A DNA stretch of 64,000 nucleotides from Gammaproteobacteria bacterium (GTDB lineage: Bacteria > Pseudomonadota > Gammaproteobacteria > UBA4575), in assembly GCA_965243395.1 (NCBI GenBank), contig CBDEUS010000001.1, forward strand, positions 928,001-992,000, read 5' to 3'. The notes under the pieces are model-generated. The model searched no databases, had not been told where the DNA came from, and worked only from the letters and a program-made list of their open reading frames with translations. Shown here piece after piece: positions 48,254 to 58,427 of this stretch. The translations under genes were made by a program, and so were the position numbers. Positions within the stretch are counted from its first letter, which is position 1; every line of letters begins with the position of its first letter.

Positions 48254-48636
48254 AAATTAATACCTACATATACACGTCTTCTTAATATAAGAATAAAAAT
48301 AAACTCATTATATTGACCTTTACCGCAGCACAAGCGGTTCAAAAAAGTATCTGATCACAAATCGATGATAGACGTGTTCGCTTAGCAAGCGTCGTACAAT
48401 TGACAGAGTACGTCATTGAAGACGAAAGACAAAAAAACTAATCTAAAATTTCCAATCTTAGATTTAACTTTAGCTCATTCAAATAAAAACATGTTTTATC
48501 TAATAAACGTACTATACAGTACGAAGACATTCTCATGCATGTGATTTAACGTGTATGTAATATTCTTTGAACTATTATACTGATACGATATCTATAAATT
48601 TTAAAACATTAAAAGAACTATCTAGTTCAGGAAACC

Positions 48637-49092
48637 ATGGTTTCTCTTAATATCAATAATAAAGACATAACACTTGATATAGATGAAGACACTCCGCTCC
48701 TGTGGGCAATACGTGATGAAGCTCATTTAACGGGAACTAAATACGGTTGTGGTCTCGCACTTTGCGGAGCTTGCACAATTTATCTTGATAACCAACCTAT
48801 ACGTTCTTGTGTTACTCCTGTATCAGCTGCTGTTGGTAAAAAAATTACTACGATTGAAGGCTTAGAGTCCAAGGAAAGCCAAGCTGTTCAACAAGCTTGG
48901 AAAAATTTAGATGTCCCCCAATGTGGTTACTGTCAATCGGGCCAAATCATGTCAGCAACGGCATTACTAAAAAATAACAAATCCCCAAGTGATGATGATA
49001 TCAATGCATTTATGTCAGGAAACATCTGTCGTTGTGTAACCTATGTACGTATTCGAGCAGCAATAAAACAAGCTGCCAAAGATCTTGCTTAA
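48637..49092 (+). CDS. (2Fe-2S) subunit of IorAB/aldehyde oxidoreductase-type molybdoenzyme
   Basis: GTKYGCGLALCGACT, QCGYCQSGQIM, GNICRC. Confidence 0.92.
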   Translation: MVSLNINNKDITLDIDEDTPLLWAIRDEAHLTGTKYGCGLALCGACTIYLDNQPIRSCVTPVSAAVGKKITTIEGLESKESQAVQQAWKNLDVPQCGYCQSGQIMSATALLKNNKSPSDDDINAFMSGNICRCVTYVRIRAAIKQAAKDLA

Positions 49093-49101
49093 CTACATAC
49101 G

Positions 49102-51303
49102 ATGTCAAAGTCTGAACTAATCAATTTAAGTAGAAGAAATTTTCTAAAAGCGGGTGTTGTTTCTGGTACCGGACTAACGTTAGGTATTTATTTTGGCTCA
49201 TCACTCGCAGAAGAACTTACATCCGGCCCTGGTCACTCTACTGCGGAGCTGGCTAATCAAGCTCAGTTAGAGCCAAATGCGTTTGTTCGAATTGGAACAG
49301 ATAACTCCGTTACTGTCATCGCCAAACATATTGAGTTTGGCCAAGGAACTCATACTGGATTACCTACAATTGTCGCTGAAGAATTAGATGCAGCATGGGA
49401 GCAAATCAATGTAGAGAGTGCACCAGCAGATGCCACTCGCTATAACAATTTACATTGGGGGCCATACCAAGGCACGGGAGGTAGTTCAGCGATAGCTAAT
49501 TCTTATGAGCAACTGCGTAATGCCGGCGCCACGGCACGAGCAATGTTAGTAAATGCTGCTGCAAAATTATGGAACGTTTCACCCGAATCAATCGTTATAC
49601 AGCAGGGTGTTGTTCTGCACAAAGAATCGAATCAATCTTTAAATTTTGGTGAGCTTGCAGAATTAGCTTCAAAAGAGCCGATACCTGAAAAAGTAGCATT
49701 AAAGTCACCCGATGATTATGTCTACATTGGTAAACAATTACCACGCACTGATACAGCATTGAAAATTAATGGCACTGCAAAGTTTACACAAGACATTCAA
49801 CTACCAGACATGTTAACTGCCGTGGTCGCTCACCCTCCCAGATTCGGAACAAAGCTGAAATCGTTTGACGCTACGAATGCAAAAAAGGCTGCTGGCGTAA
49901 AAGACATATTTGCAATTCCTTCTGGCGTAGCAGTAATTGCAAAAAACTTTTGGTCAGCTAAAAAAGCACGCGATGCATTAGAAATTCAATGGGACGAATC
50001 TAATTCGTTTACTAAAAATTCACAGGATATTTTCGATGAGTATAAAGAATTAGCGAAAAAACCGGGTGCAACCGCATACACCAATGGCAGTGTTGATGAG
50101 GCATTTAATGAAGCAAACGAAACCATTAGTGCTAGTTATGAATTCCCTTTTCTTGCTCATGCCACAATGGAACCCATGAATTGTGTAATTCAGTTGAATA
50201 ATGATTCATGTGAACTTTGGTACGGTTCTCAAACTCAATCGGGAGATCTGTTTGCCGTTGCACAAACACTTGGACTAGCTCCTGAAAAAATAAAAATTAA
50301 TACTCTCTTTGCGGGTGGATCATTTGGGCGTCGCGCTAATCCAACAAGTGACTATGTAGTCGAAGCGGCCAACATTGCAAAAGCATCAAAATTATCAACA
50401 CCCATAAAATTAGTTTGGACGCGGGAAGATGATACCCTTGCAGGTTATTACCGACCTTTGAACTATCACGAATTAAAAGCCGCCGTTGATAATAATGGCA
50501 CCATCACTGCATGGCAGCACAGAATTGTGGGTCAATCCATTCTCACCGGAACTGCTTTTGAAGAAATGCTGGTTAAAGACGGTATCGATTCTACATCAGT
50601 CGAAGGAGCTGCAAATCTACCCTATTCCATTCCCAATATGCATGTTGATCTACATTCACCCACTCTTCCAGTACCTATTCAATGGTGGCGTTCTGTGGGC
50701 CACACACACACTGCAGTATCAACAGAAGTATTTTTAGATGAAATCGCGTACAAGATTGGTAAAGATCCTGTAGAACTTCGACGAGAATTATTGAAAAAAC
50801 ATCCACGTCATCTTGGAGTCCTAAACCTTGCAGCTGAAAAAGCTAAATGGGGAACTTCACTTGGTAAAAATAAAGGACGTGGAATTGCCGTGCATAAATC
50901 TTTTAATTCTTACGTCGCCGAAGTTGCGGAAGTTACTGTAAATGAAAATCAAACTTTTTCAGTTGACAAGATAACTATTGCAGTCGACTGTGGAATTGCG
51001 ATAAATCCAGATGTGATTCGTGCACAAATGGAAGGTGGAATGGGATATGGTTTATGTGCAACATTATCCAGTGCAATTACTTTAAAAGATGGTTATGTAG
51101 AGCAATCTAATTTTGATCGTTATCAAGTATTGCGTATGAACCAAATGCCTGAAGTCGAGGTTCATATTGTAGAATCAAACGAAAATCCAACTGGCGTGGG
51201 TGAACCCGGAACACCACCCATTGCACCTGCTGTAATTAATGCCATTGCTGCTGTGACAGGAAAATTTCATCATACACTCCCATTACCCAATAAACTGGCA
51301 TGA
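49102..51303 (+). CDS. xanthine oxidase family molybdopterin-binding subunit (IorB-like), Tat exported
   Basis: SRRNFLK, EFGQG, TGGSS, HATMEP, GGSFGRR, WWRSVG, GVGEPGTPP. Confidence 0.92.
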   Translation: MSKSELINLSRRNFLKAGVVSGTGLTLGIYFGSSLAEELTSGPGHSTAELANQAQLEPNAFVRIGTDNSVTVIAKHIEFGQGTHTGLPTIVAEELDAAWEQINVESAPADATRYNNLHWGPYQGTGGSSAIANSYEQLRNAGATARAMLVNAAAKLWNVSPESIVIQQGVVLHKESNQSLNFGELAELASKEPIPEKVALKSPDDYVYIGKQLPRTDTALKINGTAKFTQDIQLPDMLTAVVAHPPRFGTKLKSFDATNAKKAAGVKDIFAIPSGVAVIAKNFWSAKKARDALEIQWDESNSFTKNSQDIFDEYKELAKKPGATAYTNGSVDEAFNEANETISASYEFPFLAHATMEPMNCVIQLNNDSCELWYGSQTQSGDLFAVAQTLGLAPEKIKINTLFAGGSFGRRANPTSDYVVEAANIAKASKLSTPIKLVWTREDDTLAGYYRPLNYHELKAAVDNNGTITAWQHRIVGQSILTGTAFEEMLVKDGIDSTSVEGAANLPYSIPNMHVDLHSPTLPVPIQWWRSVGHTHTAVSTEVFLDEIAYKIGKDPVELRRELLKKHPRHLGVLNLAAEKAKWGTSLGKNKGRGIAVHKSFNSYVAEVAEVTVNENQTFSVDKITIAVDCGIAINPDVIRAQMEGGMGYGLCATLSSAITLKDGYVEQSNFDRYQVLRMNQMPEVEVHIVESNENPTGVGEPGTPPIAPAVINAIAAVTGKFHHTLPLPNKLA

Positions 51304-52286
51304 ACAGCTCCGATGAAAACATAATACAAACGGCTCAACTTTGGTTTACAAAAGATAATGAACTTTTATTAGTTACGGTCGCTAATACTTGGGGCTCATC
51401 ACCAAGACCTGTTGGATCAATGATGCTTATCCGCAAAAACGGAGAATATATTGGATCAGTATCAGGTGGCTGCATTGAAGAAGATCTTGTAAAACAATAT
51501 ATCAGCAATAAAATTTCATCAAAAAAAGTCAGCTTGCTTAGCTACGGTGTTGGACAGCTAGAAGCACAACGATTTGGAATACCCTGTGGGGGTAAATTAG
51601 AGTTAGTTGTCGAGCGCTTAGATTCATTTGATAGTTTAAAGCCAGTAGAACAAACTCTATATAATAGTGATTCCATAATTAGACATGTTAGTGTCTTAAA
51701 TGGCCTCATTTCTTATAGCAACGCTAATTCCAATGAAACTACCCATTTTAACGGTACTACTTTGAATAAGGTTTTCGGCCCGCAATGGCAAATATTACTC
51801 ATTGGTGCAAACGATCTCGCTCAATCGGTTGCAAATCTTGCCACGACGCTAAATTACAAAATTATTGTCTGTGACCCGCGTGAATATATAAATTTGAATT
51901 GGATAGACGATAAGATTTCATTCACTACTGAAATGCCTGATGATGTGGTAAATGAATTAGAGCCTAAAAGCCATAGCATTGTACTGGCTCTGACTCATGA
52001 TCCGAAAATGGATGATATGGCTCTTATGTGTGCATTGGAACAAGATTTCTTTTATGTTGGTGCGATTGGCTCGAAAAAAACCCAAGCTGCGCGATTGAAA
52101 AGATTAAAACAATTAGAATTAACGGATACACAAATTAGCCATCTACATGGACCTGTTGGTCTAGATATTGGTAGTAAAGCTCCTGCGGAAATTGCAATTT
52201 CTATTTTGGCTGAAATTATTCAGCTAAGAAACATAAAGAAAGCTCCTGCAACGATTAACTTCGACAAAGTTCTTAAAACTGCTTAA
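51300..52286 (+). CDS. XdhC/CoxI family Moco insertion chaperone
   Basis: TWGSSPRPVGS, GSVSGGCIE, LTHDPKMDD, YVGAIGS, GPVGLDIGSKAPAEIA. Confidence 0.92.
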   Translation: MNSSDENIIQTAQLWFTKDNELLLVTVANTWGSSPRPVGSMMLIRKNGEYIGSVSGGCIEEDLVKQYISNKISSKKVSLLSYGVGQLEAQRFGIPCGGKLELVVERLDSFDSLKPVEQTLYNSDSIIRHVSVLNGLISYSNANSNETTHFNGTTLNKVFGPQWQILLIGANDLAQSVANLATTLNYKIIVCDPREYINLNWIDDKISFTTEMPDDVVNELEPKSHSIVLALTHDPKMDDMALMCALEQDFFYVGAIGSKKTQAARLKRLKQLELTDTQISHLHGPVGLDIGSKAPAEIAISILAEIIQLRNIKKAPATINFDKVLKTA

Positions 52287-52873
52287 TGGCAATCGAAATA
52301 TGTGGCGTTTTACTCGCTGCAGGTTCATCAACCAGATTTGGAAGCCAAAAGCTTCTTTATGACTTACCAAATAAAGAAACCATTCTCTCGTTATCAGCAA
52401 AAACTTTAAAACAATCGATTCAATACACTGTAGCAGTTGTTCAAGATAAAAATTCAGAAATTGCTCATATCTTAAGTAGCGAAGGCTATAAGCTAATTGA
52501 AAATTCTGCTTACCAAAATGGAATCGGAAGCAGTATAAGTTGTGCAGTAAAGTCGACACAGCCTAATGCGTGGGTGTTTGCCCTCGCGGACATGCCATTC
52601 ATTAGCAAAAATACTATAGATGCAGTGGTGCAGAACCTATCATTGGATCATGAGATTGTCGCGCCCTATTTTCAAAAAATTCGAGGCCATCCTGTTGGAT
52701 TTAATTCGAGCTTTAGAGAAGACTTAGAAAAGCTAAATCAAGACTACGGAGCTAAGCAGCTCATACAAAATAATATCGACAAACTAAAAGGTATCGAAAC
52801 AGAAGATCATGGAGTGATAACAGATATCGATACTAAACTAGATTTAGATTTTTTAATTAATAAACATATTTAA
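52286..52873 (+). CDS. molybdenum cofactor cytidylyltransferase (MocA-like)
   Basis: LLAAGSSTRFG..KLL, LADMP, RGHPVGF, DIDT. Confidence 0.88.
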   Translation: MAIEICGVLLAAGSSTRFGSQKLLYDLPNKETILSLSAKTLKQSIQYTVAVVQDKNSEIAHILSSEGYKLIENSAYQNGIGSSISCAVKSTQPNAWVFALADMPFISKNTIDAVVQNLSLDHEIVAPYFQKIRGHPVGFNSSFREDLEKLNQDYGAKQLIQNNIDKLKGIETEDHGVITDIDTKLDLDFLINKHI

Positions 52874-52938
52874 TTTTGGGATTACACAATCTCTCACTGC
52901 AAATATTAAAATATTAAATTTGAGAACCTCAAATATAC

Positions 52939-54456
52939 ATGTCTTCTCTTATACTTATCCTTGGAGATCAACTAAATAAGAATATCTCTTGTCTTAAAAA
53001 GGCTAAAAAGCAAGAAGATATTATCCTCATGTGCGAAGTGAGCGCTGAAGCAACTTATGTGAAGCATCACAAGAAAAAAATTGTTTTGGTATTAAGCGCA
53101 ATGCGCCATTTTTCTCAAGAACTAGAAAATGCTGGCTATAAGGTTATTTATATACGACTCGATGATAGTTCGAATACTGGCTCACTAGAATCTGAAGTTC
53201 AAAGAATCGCTAAAGCAAAGAATTGCAGCAAAGTAATTATTACACATCCAGGTGAATATCGCGTTTACAAAAATTTAGATTCATTAAAAGAAAAAAATCT
53301 TAAAATTGAATGGATTGAAGATGATCGCTTCATGTGTAGCCGTAATGAATTCACTAGCTGGATAAAAGAAAGAAAGCAACCACGGATGGAAAATTTTTAC
53401 CGCTATATGAGACAAAAACACAATATTCTCATGCAAGGTAAACAACCACAGGGAAACAAATGGAATTTTGATAAAGATAACCGCAAAACCTCAAAAAATG
53501 AAACCGTACGATCAAAACCTAAAAAATTTAAACCAGACTCAATTACCAAAGAAGTTATAAACTTAGTTGATGAAAAATTTTCTGACCATTTTGGTGATTT
53601 AGAACCATTTGAATTTGCTGTGACACGCAAACAAGCATTAATCGCTTTAAATTATTTTATAAATGAACGTTTAGTGCACTTTGGTGATTACCAAGATGCA
53701 ATGCTAGAAAATGAACCTTATATGTATCATTCGCTGCTCAGTTTCTACCTAAATATTGGTTTATTAGTTCCCGATGAAATTATCGTTAAAGCACAGAAAG
53801 CATATGAAGATGGTCACGTAGCAATTAATGCAGCAGAGGGTTTTATCAGACAAATATTAGGCTGGAGAGAGTATATTCGTGGAATTTATTGGCACAAAAT
53901 GCCTAAATATTCGAAAAATAACTTCTTCGATGCAAAAAAAGAATTGCCCGATTTTTTTTGGAGTGGAGATACAAAATTAAACTGCTTGTCTCAATGCATT
54001 AAAGAAACAAAAACCAATGCATATGCTCATCATATCCAGAGGTTAATGGTGCTTGGTAATTTTTGTTTATTAACAGGTATTCAGCCAAAGCAAGTAAACG
54101 AATGGTATTTAATAGTTTATGCAGATGCATTTGAATGGGTAGAATTACCAAATGTAACTGGAATGATTCTATTTGCCGATGGCGGATACTTGGCGAGTAA
54201 GCCATATGCGAGTGGTGGCGCATACATTAATAAAATGTCAAATTACTGCAAAACATGCCATTACAATATTAACGATAAAACAGGAGAAAAAGCCTGCCCT
54301 TTTAACTATCTATACTGGAATTTTTTAGATAGTCACCGTGAAAAATTATTTAATAATCAACGACTATCGATGGTCTATAACACACTAAATAAAATGGATT
54401 CTGAAAAGCTTTCTAATATTCGCAAAGATGCTAAATCTTTTATCCAATCAGTCTAA
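52939..54456 (+). CDS. FeS-cluster cryptochrome/photolyase (FeS-BCP, prokaryotic 6-4 photolyase type)
   Basis: ILGDQL, HHKKKI, WNFDKDNR, FGDYQDAM, YAHHIQRLM, SKPY, NYCKTC...ACPFN 4Fe-4S ligands. Confidence 0.93.
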   Translation: MSSLILILGDQLNKNISCLKKAKKQEDIILMCEVSAEATYVKHHKKKIVLVLSAMRHFSQELENAGYKVIYIRLDDSSNTGSLESEVQRIAKAKNCSKVIITHPGEYRVYKNLDSLKEKNLKIEWIEDDRFMCSRNEFTSWIKERKQPRMENFYRYMRQKHNILMQGKQPQGNKWNFDKDNRKTSKNETVRSKPKKFKPDSITKEVINLVDEKFSDHFGDLEPFEFAVTRKQALIALNYFINERLVHFGDYQDAMLENEPYMYHSLLSFYLNIGLLVPDEIIVKAQKAYEDGHVAINAAEGFIRQILGWREYIRGIYWHKMPKYSKNNFFDAKKELPDFFWSGDTKLNCLSQCIKETKTNAYAHHIQRLMVLGNFCLLTGIQPKQVNEWYLIVYADAFEWVELPNVTGMILFADGGYLASKPYASGGAYINKMSNYCKTCHYNINDKTGEKACPFNYLYWNFLDSHREKLFNNQRLSMVYNTLNKMDSEKLSNIRKDAKSFIQSV

Positions 54457-54555
54457 TAATACTTTATACTACAAGCATTAATGGATACTTATTAGATTAA
54501 GTCCATCAGGGTGCATAGATTCGTAGTATGAAATACACACTCCAGTTCATTGATG

Positions 54556-55263
54556 TTAAGCCATTCCTTTTATAGTAGATAACCCACCATCAAAGTTAAT
54601 AACCTGCCCTGTCATCCAGCCAGACTCATCGCTTATTAAATATTTAACCAAGTGTGCTATCTCGCAAGGTTCGCCTATACGATTTAATGGATGTCGTTTT
54701 GAAATAGCTTCAAGTTTCTTAGTGTCACTGGTAAATTTGCTAGCAAGAGGTGTATTAACTAATGATGGAGCAATAGAATTAAATCTTACTCCGGCAGAAG
54801 CATATTCAGCAGCAAGCGAACGTATCAAGCCTTCAAGCGCACCTTTTGCAGTCGCAACAGAGGAATGATAGTTCATACCTTGTCTAACCGCTACCGTACT
54901 AAATGCGACAACTGAGGCAGTACCAGATTTTTTTAAGGCTTTTATTGTAGCTTTAATCGTATTGGTGAAACCTATTACATTAATTTTAAAGTCTTTTTCA
55001 AAATCATCATTATTCAAACTAGTAAACGGTTTTAATTTAATGCTTCCAGGACAATAAATAACACTGTGTAGTTCATGAGGCAAAAACGAATAATCTAATC
55101 CTGTCTTGCAAACATCTCCTGTAAAATAATCTACATTTTCAATGGGTGTATTAATATTCCCGCTTCTAGTTAATGAGTATATTTGACTATCTTTAGCAAG
55201 CGCATCGACACATGCGGAGCCTATTCCGCTATTACCACCAACAATCAATATATTTTTCTTCAT
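54556..55263 (-). CDS. short-chain dehydrogenase/reductase
   Basis: GGNSGIG, HSSVATAKGA (atypical YxxxK), NSIAPSL, GQVINFDGG. Confidence 0.88.
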   Translation of the reverse strand: MKKNILIVGGNSGIGSACVDALAKDSQIYSLTRSGNINTPIENVDYFTGDVCKTGLDYSFLPHELHSVIYCPGSIKLKPFTSLNNDDFEKDFKINVIGFTNTIKATIKALKKSGTASVVAFSTVAVRQGMNYHSSVATAKGALEGLIRSLAAEYASAGVRFNSIAPSLVNTPLASKFTSDTKKLEAISKRHPLNRIGEPCEIAHLVKYLISDESGWMTGQVINFDGGLSTIKGMA

Positions 55264-55545
55264 TTACAACACATTTCATTGTTTACATGATTGTATTTTA
55301 TTCTATTGTTGATGAGTCACCGAATTACTGTACTGTATGTCTGTTTCTTAGCATGCAATGCAACTATCTTTCCACGACTGCCAATAGCTGACTTTAAAAG
55401 CAGTATGCGTTTTTTTCGATATCAATCTAAGAAATAATCTTATAATCAAATATAATTAAGTTAATTATTGAATTTTTCTGAATTGCCCTCATCTAATAAA
55501 TATGAATATTTTGGTTGATTTGGTTACAATATAAAGGAAGATTTT

Positions 55546-55749
55546 ATGGAACTCTTACTACCAATAATGATGACAGTTGTGTCAACTTTATTGGTCTATC
55601 GAATCGCTATAGAAAAAGGTCTAAACGTCAAGCTCTGGGTAATCTTGGCAATTATCTTTGGTTTACTTGTGCTACCTTTTGTTTTCTTTGCTAAAAATAA
55701 TCTTAAAGAAACTATCGATAACAAACGCGGTGATTTTCTTGAAGCGTAA
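55546..55749 (+). CDS. small membrane protein
   Basis: RBS AAGGAAG, two hydrophobic segments, IAIEKG...WVILAIIFG. Confidence 0.65.
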   Translation: MELLLPIMMTVVSTLLVYRIAIEKGLNVKLWVILAIIFGLLVLPFVFFAKNNLKETIDNKRGDFLEA

Positions 55750-55852
55750 TATTTAGTTTGTCTTGCACTCAAATATTTCGATAGTAGAATTAAATTATTA
55801 CTTATTTAAATATAGCCATTATCATATTTTTAGGAAATCATAAATTTAACAA

Positions 55853-56905
55853 ATGACACTGTTGTTATTATATTTAATAACTGCGATTGGTGTCTCTTTT
55901 TTCTGCTCAATCGCTGAAGCAGTATTGCTTTCAGTTAGACCTTCTTACATAACCGCGCTTCAGCAAAAGAATAAAAAAAGCGGTGATAAGTTAAAAGTAT
56001 TACAAGATAATCTTGATCGCCCCTTAGCTGCTATCCTCACAGCTAATACTATTGCACACACTGTTGGTGCCGCAGGTGTAGGAGCACAGGCAACTATTCT
56101 ATTTGGCAGCGGATATCTTGGGATAACTTCAGCTATCTTAACTTTTTTAATTTTAGTTTTTTCAGAAATTATCCCAAAAACTCTGGGCGCAACTTATTGG
56201 AAAGAACTTGCCCCTACTATGTCAACATTAATTACGTGGCTGACAAAACTACTGTCACCACTTGTTTGGATGACTGAGAAATTAACGAGAATATTATCGC
56301 GCTCTGATGACAGCGTCTTTACATTTAGTCGAGATGAGATGATTGCAATGGCTCAAATAGGAAAAGAAGAAGGTGTGCTTGACTTAAAAGAACATAAAAT
56401 TATCTCTAATCTTATGAAATTACATCGCTTATCAGTTCGCGATATTATGACCCCGAATTTGGTTATTTTCTCGGTCCAACAGAAACTGACCGTTGAAGAT
56501 TTTTTTGAAGCTCACAATGAATGCCCTTTTTCTCGTATACCTATATACGATGAAAATACTGATGATATTAAAGGCTATGTCTTGAAAAATGATTTGCTAA
56601 TTGCATTAGCAAATAAGAATTTTAATAAACAACTTTTAGAGTTCAAACGAGATATCCATGCAGTTTCAGATAAGATGATGGCATCAAACTTATTTGATTA
56701 TCTCATGCTAAAGAAAAGTCATATTACTCTTGTTGTTAACGAGTATGGTTCAATCCAGGGTTTAGTAACATTAGAAGATGTTGTTGAAACTTTAATTGGA
56801 TTGGAAATTGTAGATGAGTCAGACACGATAGAGGATATGCGTGATGTGGCTAAAAAACTATGGAATAAGCGTATGACTTCTTTTGGAATTGATCCATCTC
56901 TCTAG
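55853..56905 (+). CDS. CNNM/DUF21-CBS (hemolysin family) membrane protein
   Basis: SFFCSIAEAVLLS, SEIIPKTLG, CBS pair VRDIMTP, FSRIPIY, VNEYGSIQGLVTLEDVVE. Confidence 0.92.
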   Translation: MTLLLLYLITAIGVSFFCSIAEAVLLSVRPSYITALQQKNKKSGDKLKVLQDNLDRPLAAILTANTIAHTVGAAGVGAQATILFGSGYLGITSAILTFLILVFSEIIPKTLGATYWKELAPTMSTLITWLTKLLSPLVWMTEKLTRILSRSDDSVFTFSRDEMIAMAQIGKEEGVLDLKEHKIISNLMKLHRLSVRDIMTPNLVIFSVQQKLTVEDFFEAHNECPFSRIPIYDENTDDIKGYVLKNDLLIALANKNFNKQLLEFKRDIHAVSDKMMASNLFDYLMLKKSHITLVVNEYGSIQGLVTLEDVVETLIGLEIVDESDTIEDMRDVAKKLWNKRMTSFGIDPSL

Positions 56906-56908
56906 TCA

Positions 56909-58330
56909 TTACTTTGTATTTCGAATAGCTTGATAAGCTTCTAAAGCACGTTCACGAGAATTTTTAATGTCTACAATGGGAGTTGGATAGTGCTCACCCA
57001 AAATGATACCCGCATCGAGTAATACATCATTTGGTGCTTCCCAAGGACTAAATAGATATTTATTGGCGAGGCTTTTCAGTTCTGGAACAAACTTGCGTGT
57101 ATAGACACCGTCAGGATCAAACTTATGGCCCTGGGTTACTGGATTGAAAATTCTAAAATAAGGTGCGGCATCTGCACCACAACCCGCAACCCACTGCCAA
57201 CTGGCACTGTTATTCGCAAGATCTGCATCAACAAGGCAATCCCAAAACCAACGTTCACCATGATGCCAATGCAGCAGTAAATTCTTGACTAGAAAAGATC
57301 CAACAACCATTCGAACTCGGTTATGCATATAACCTGTCTGCCATAATTCTCGCATGCCAGCATCTACCAAGGGATAACCTGTTTTCCCTTGCTGCCATCG
57401 TTCAAGAATCTCTTGCTCTTCTATCCATGGAAATTTATCAAACTTAGGTTGCAAATTCTTATATGGTAACTCAGGAAAATGATAAAGAAGACTATGAGAA
57501 AATTCTCGCCATCCTAATTCGCTTTGAAAGTGATCCAGATTGTCACTACTTTCCAATGATTTTGTTGCAGACCAAATTTGATTAGGAGAAATTTCACCAA
57601 AATGTAGATGAGGTGATAAACGCGACGTGTAAGCCTCAGCAGGAAAATTACGACCCTCTTTATATTTATTTAAGGCATTCTTTAAAAATTTTTTTAATTT
57701 ATGCTGCGCAGGTTTTTCACCTATTTTCCAATGAGGTTCCAATTGATGATCCCAACGAATCTTGGGTAATAAATCCAAATCTTCGATAGTTTGACCAGAA
57801 TCAGTGATATCTAATAGCTCTAACTTTTTTGGTTTAGGTAATGGCTCACGTGGTGTGGTCGCATTCAAACATCCTTTGCGATAATAAGGTGTAAATACTT
57901 TGTAAGGCGTACCATCTTGTTTTAATACTTCCCATGGCTCCCAAAGCAAAGATCCATTGAAACTGTTAGCTTCAGTGTTATGCGCTTGGAGTGCTTTTTT
58001 TATCTGTTTATCTCTGTCTATCTGCCAAGGTTCATAACACCGGTTCCAATATACTGCATTAACATTATGTTCTTCGATCAAATCTATTAGAACTTTCTTT
58101 GGGTCACCTATTTGTATACAAAGTTTATTCTTTAAGGAATTTTTTAAATCTGATAATGAATGATAAAGCCACCATTGACTGGCTGCGCCGAGTTGATGAT
58201 CATTAGGGTTCTTATCATCAAAAACGTAAACAGGTAGAACAGTGCCTTGTTCAGCTGCTGCACTTAAAGATGGATTATCAGCTAATCGCAAGTCCTGTCT
58301 GAACCAATGAATTACTATATTTTTTGACAT
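56909..58330 (-). CDS. phrB: deoxyribodipyrimidine (CPD) photolyase
   Basis: WFRQDLRLADNP, TSRLSPHLHFGEIS, LGWREF, TGYMHNRVRM, WQWVAGCGADAAPYFRIFNP. Confidence 0.94.
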   Translation of the reverse strand: MSKNIVIHWFRQDLRLADNPSLSAAAEQGTVLPVYVFDDKNPNDHQLGAASQWWLYHSLSDLKNSLKNKLCIQIGDPKKVLIDLIEEHNVNAVYWNRCYEPWQIDRDKQIKKALQAHNTEANSFNGSLLWEPWEVLKQDGTPYKVFTPYYRKGCLNATTPREPLPKPKKLELLDITDSGQTIEDLDLLPKIRWDHQLEPHWKIGEKPAQHKLKKFLKNALNKYKEGRNFPAEAYTSRLSPHLHFGEISPNQIWSATKSLESSDNLDHFQSELGWREFSHSLLYHFPELPYKNLQPKFDKFPWIEEQEILERWQQGKTGYPLVDAGMRELWQTGYMHNRVRMVVGSFLVKNLLLHWHHGERWFWDCLVDADLANNSASWQWVAGCGADAAPYFRIFNPVTQGHKFDPDGVYTRKFVPELKSLANKYLFSPWEAPNDVLLDAGIILGEHYPTPIVDIKNSRERALEAYQAIRNTK

Positions 58331-58427
58331 TTAATTTATCTATATTACATGATCACTATGATTGATACTAAACATCAAAACTTCTGATTGTTTATATAGA
58401 ATTAAGATAAGGCCTGTAACAACTAAC

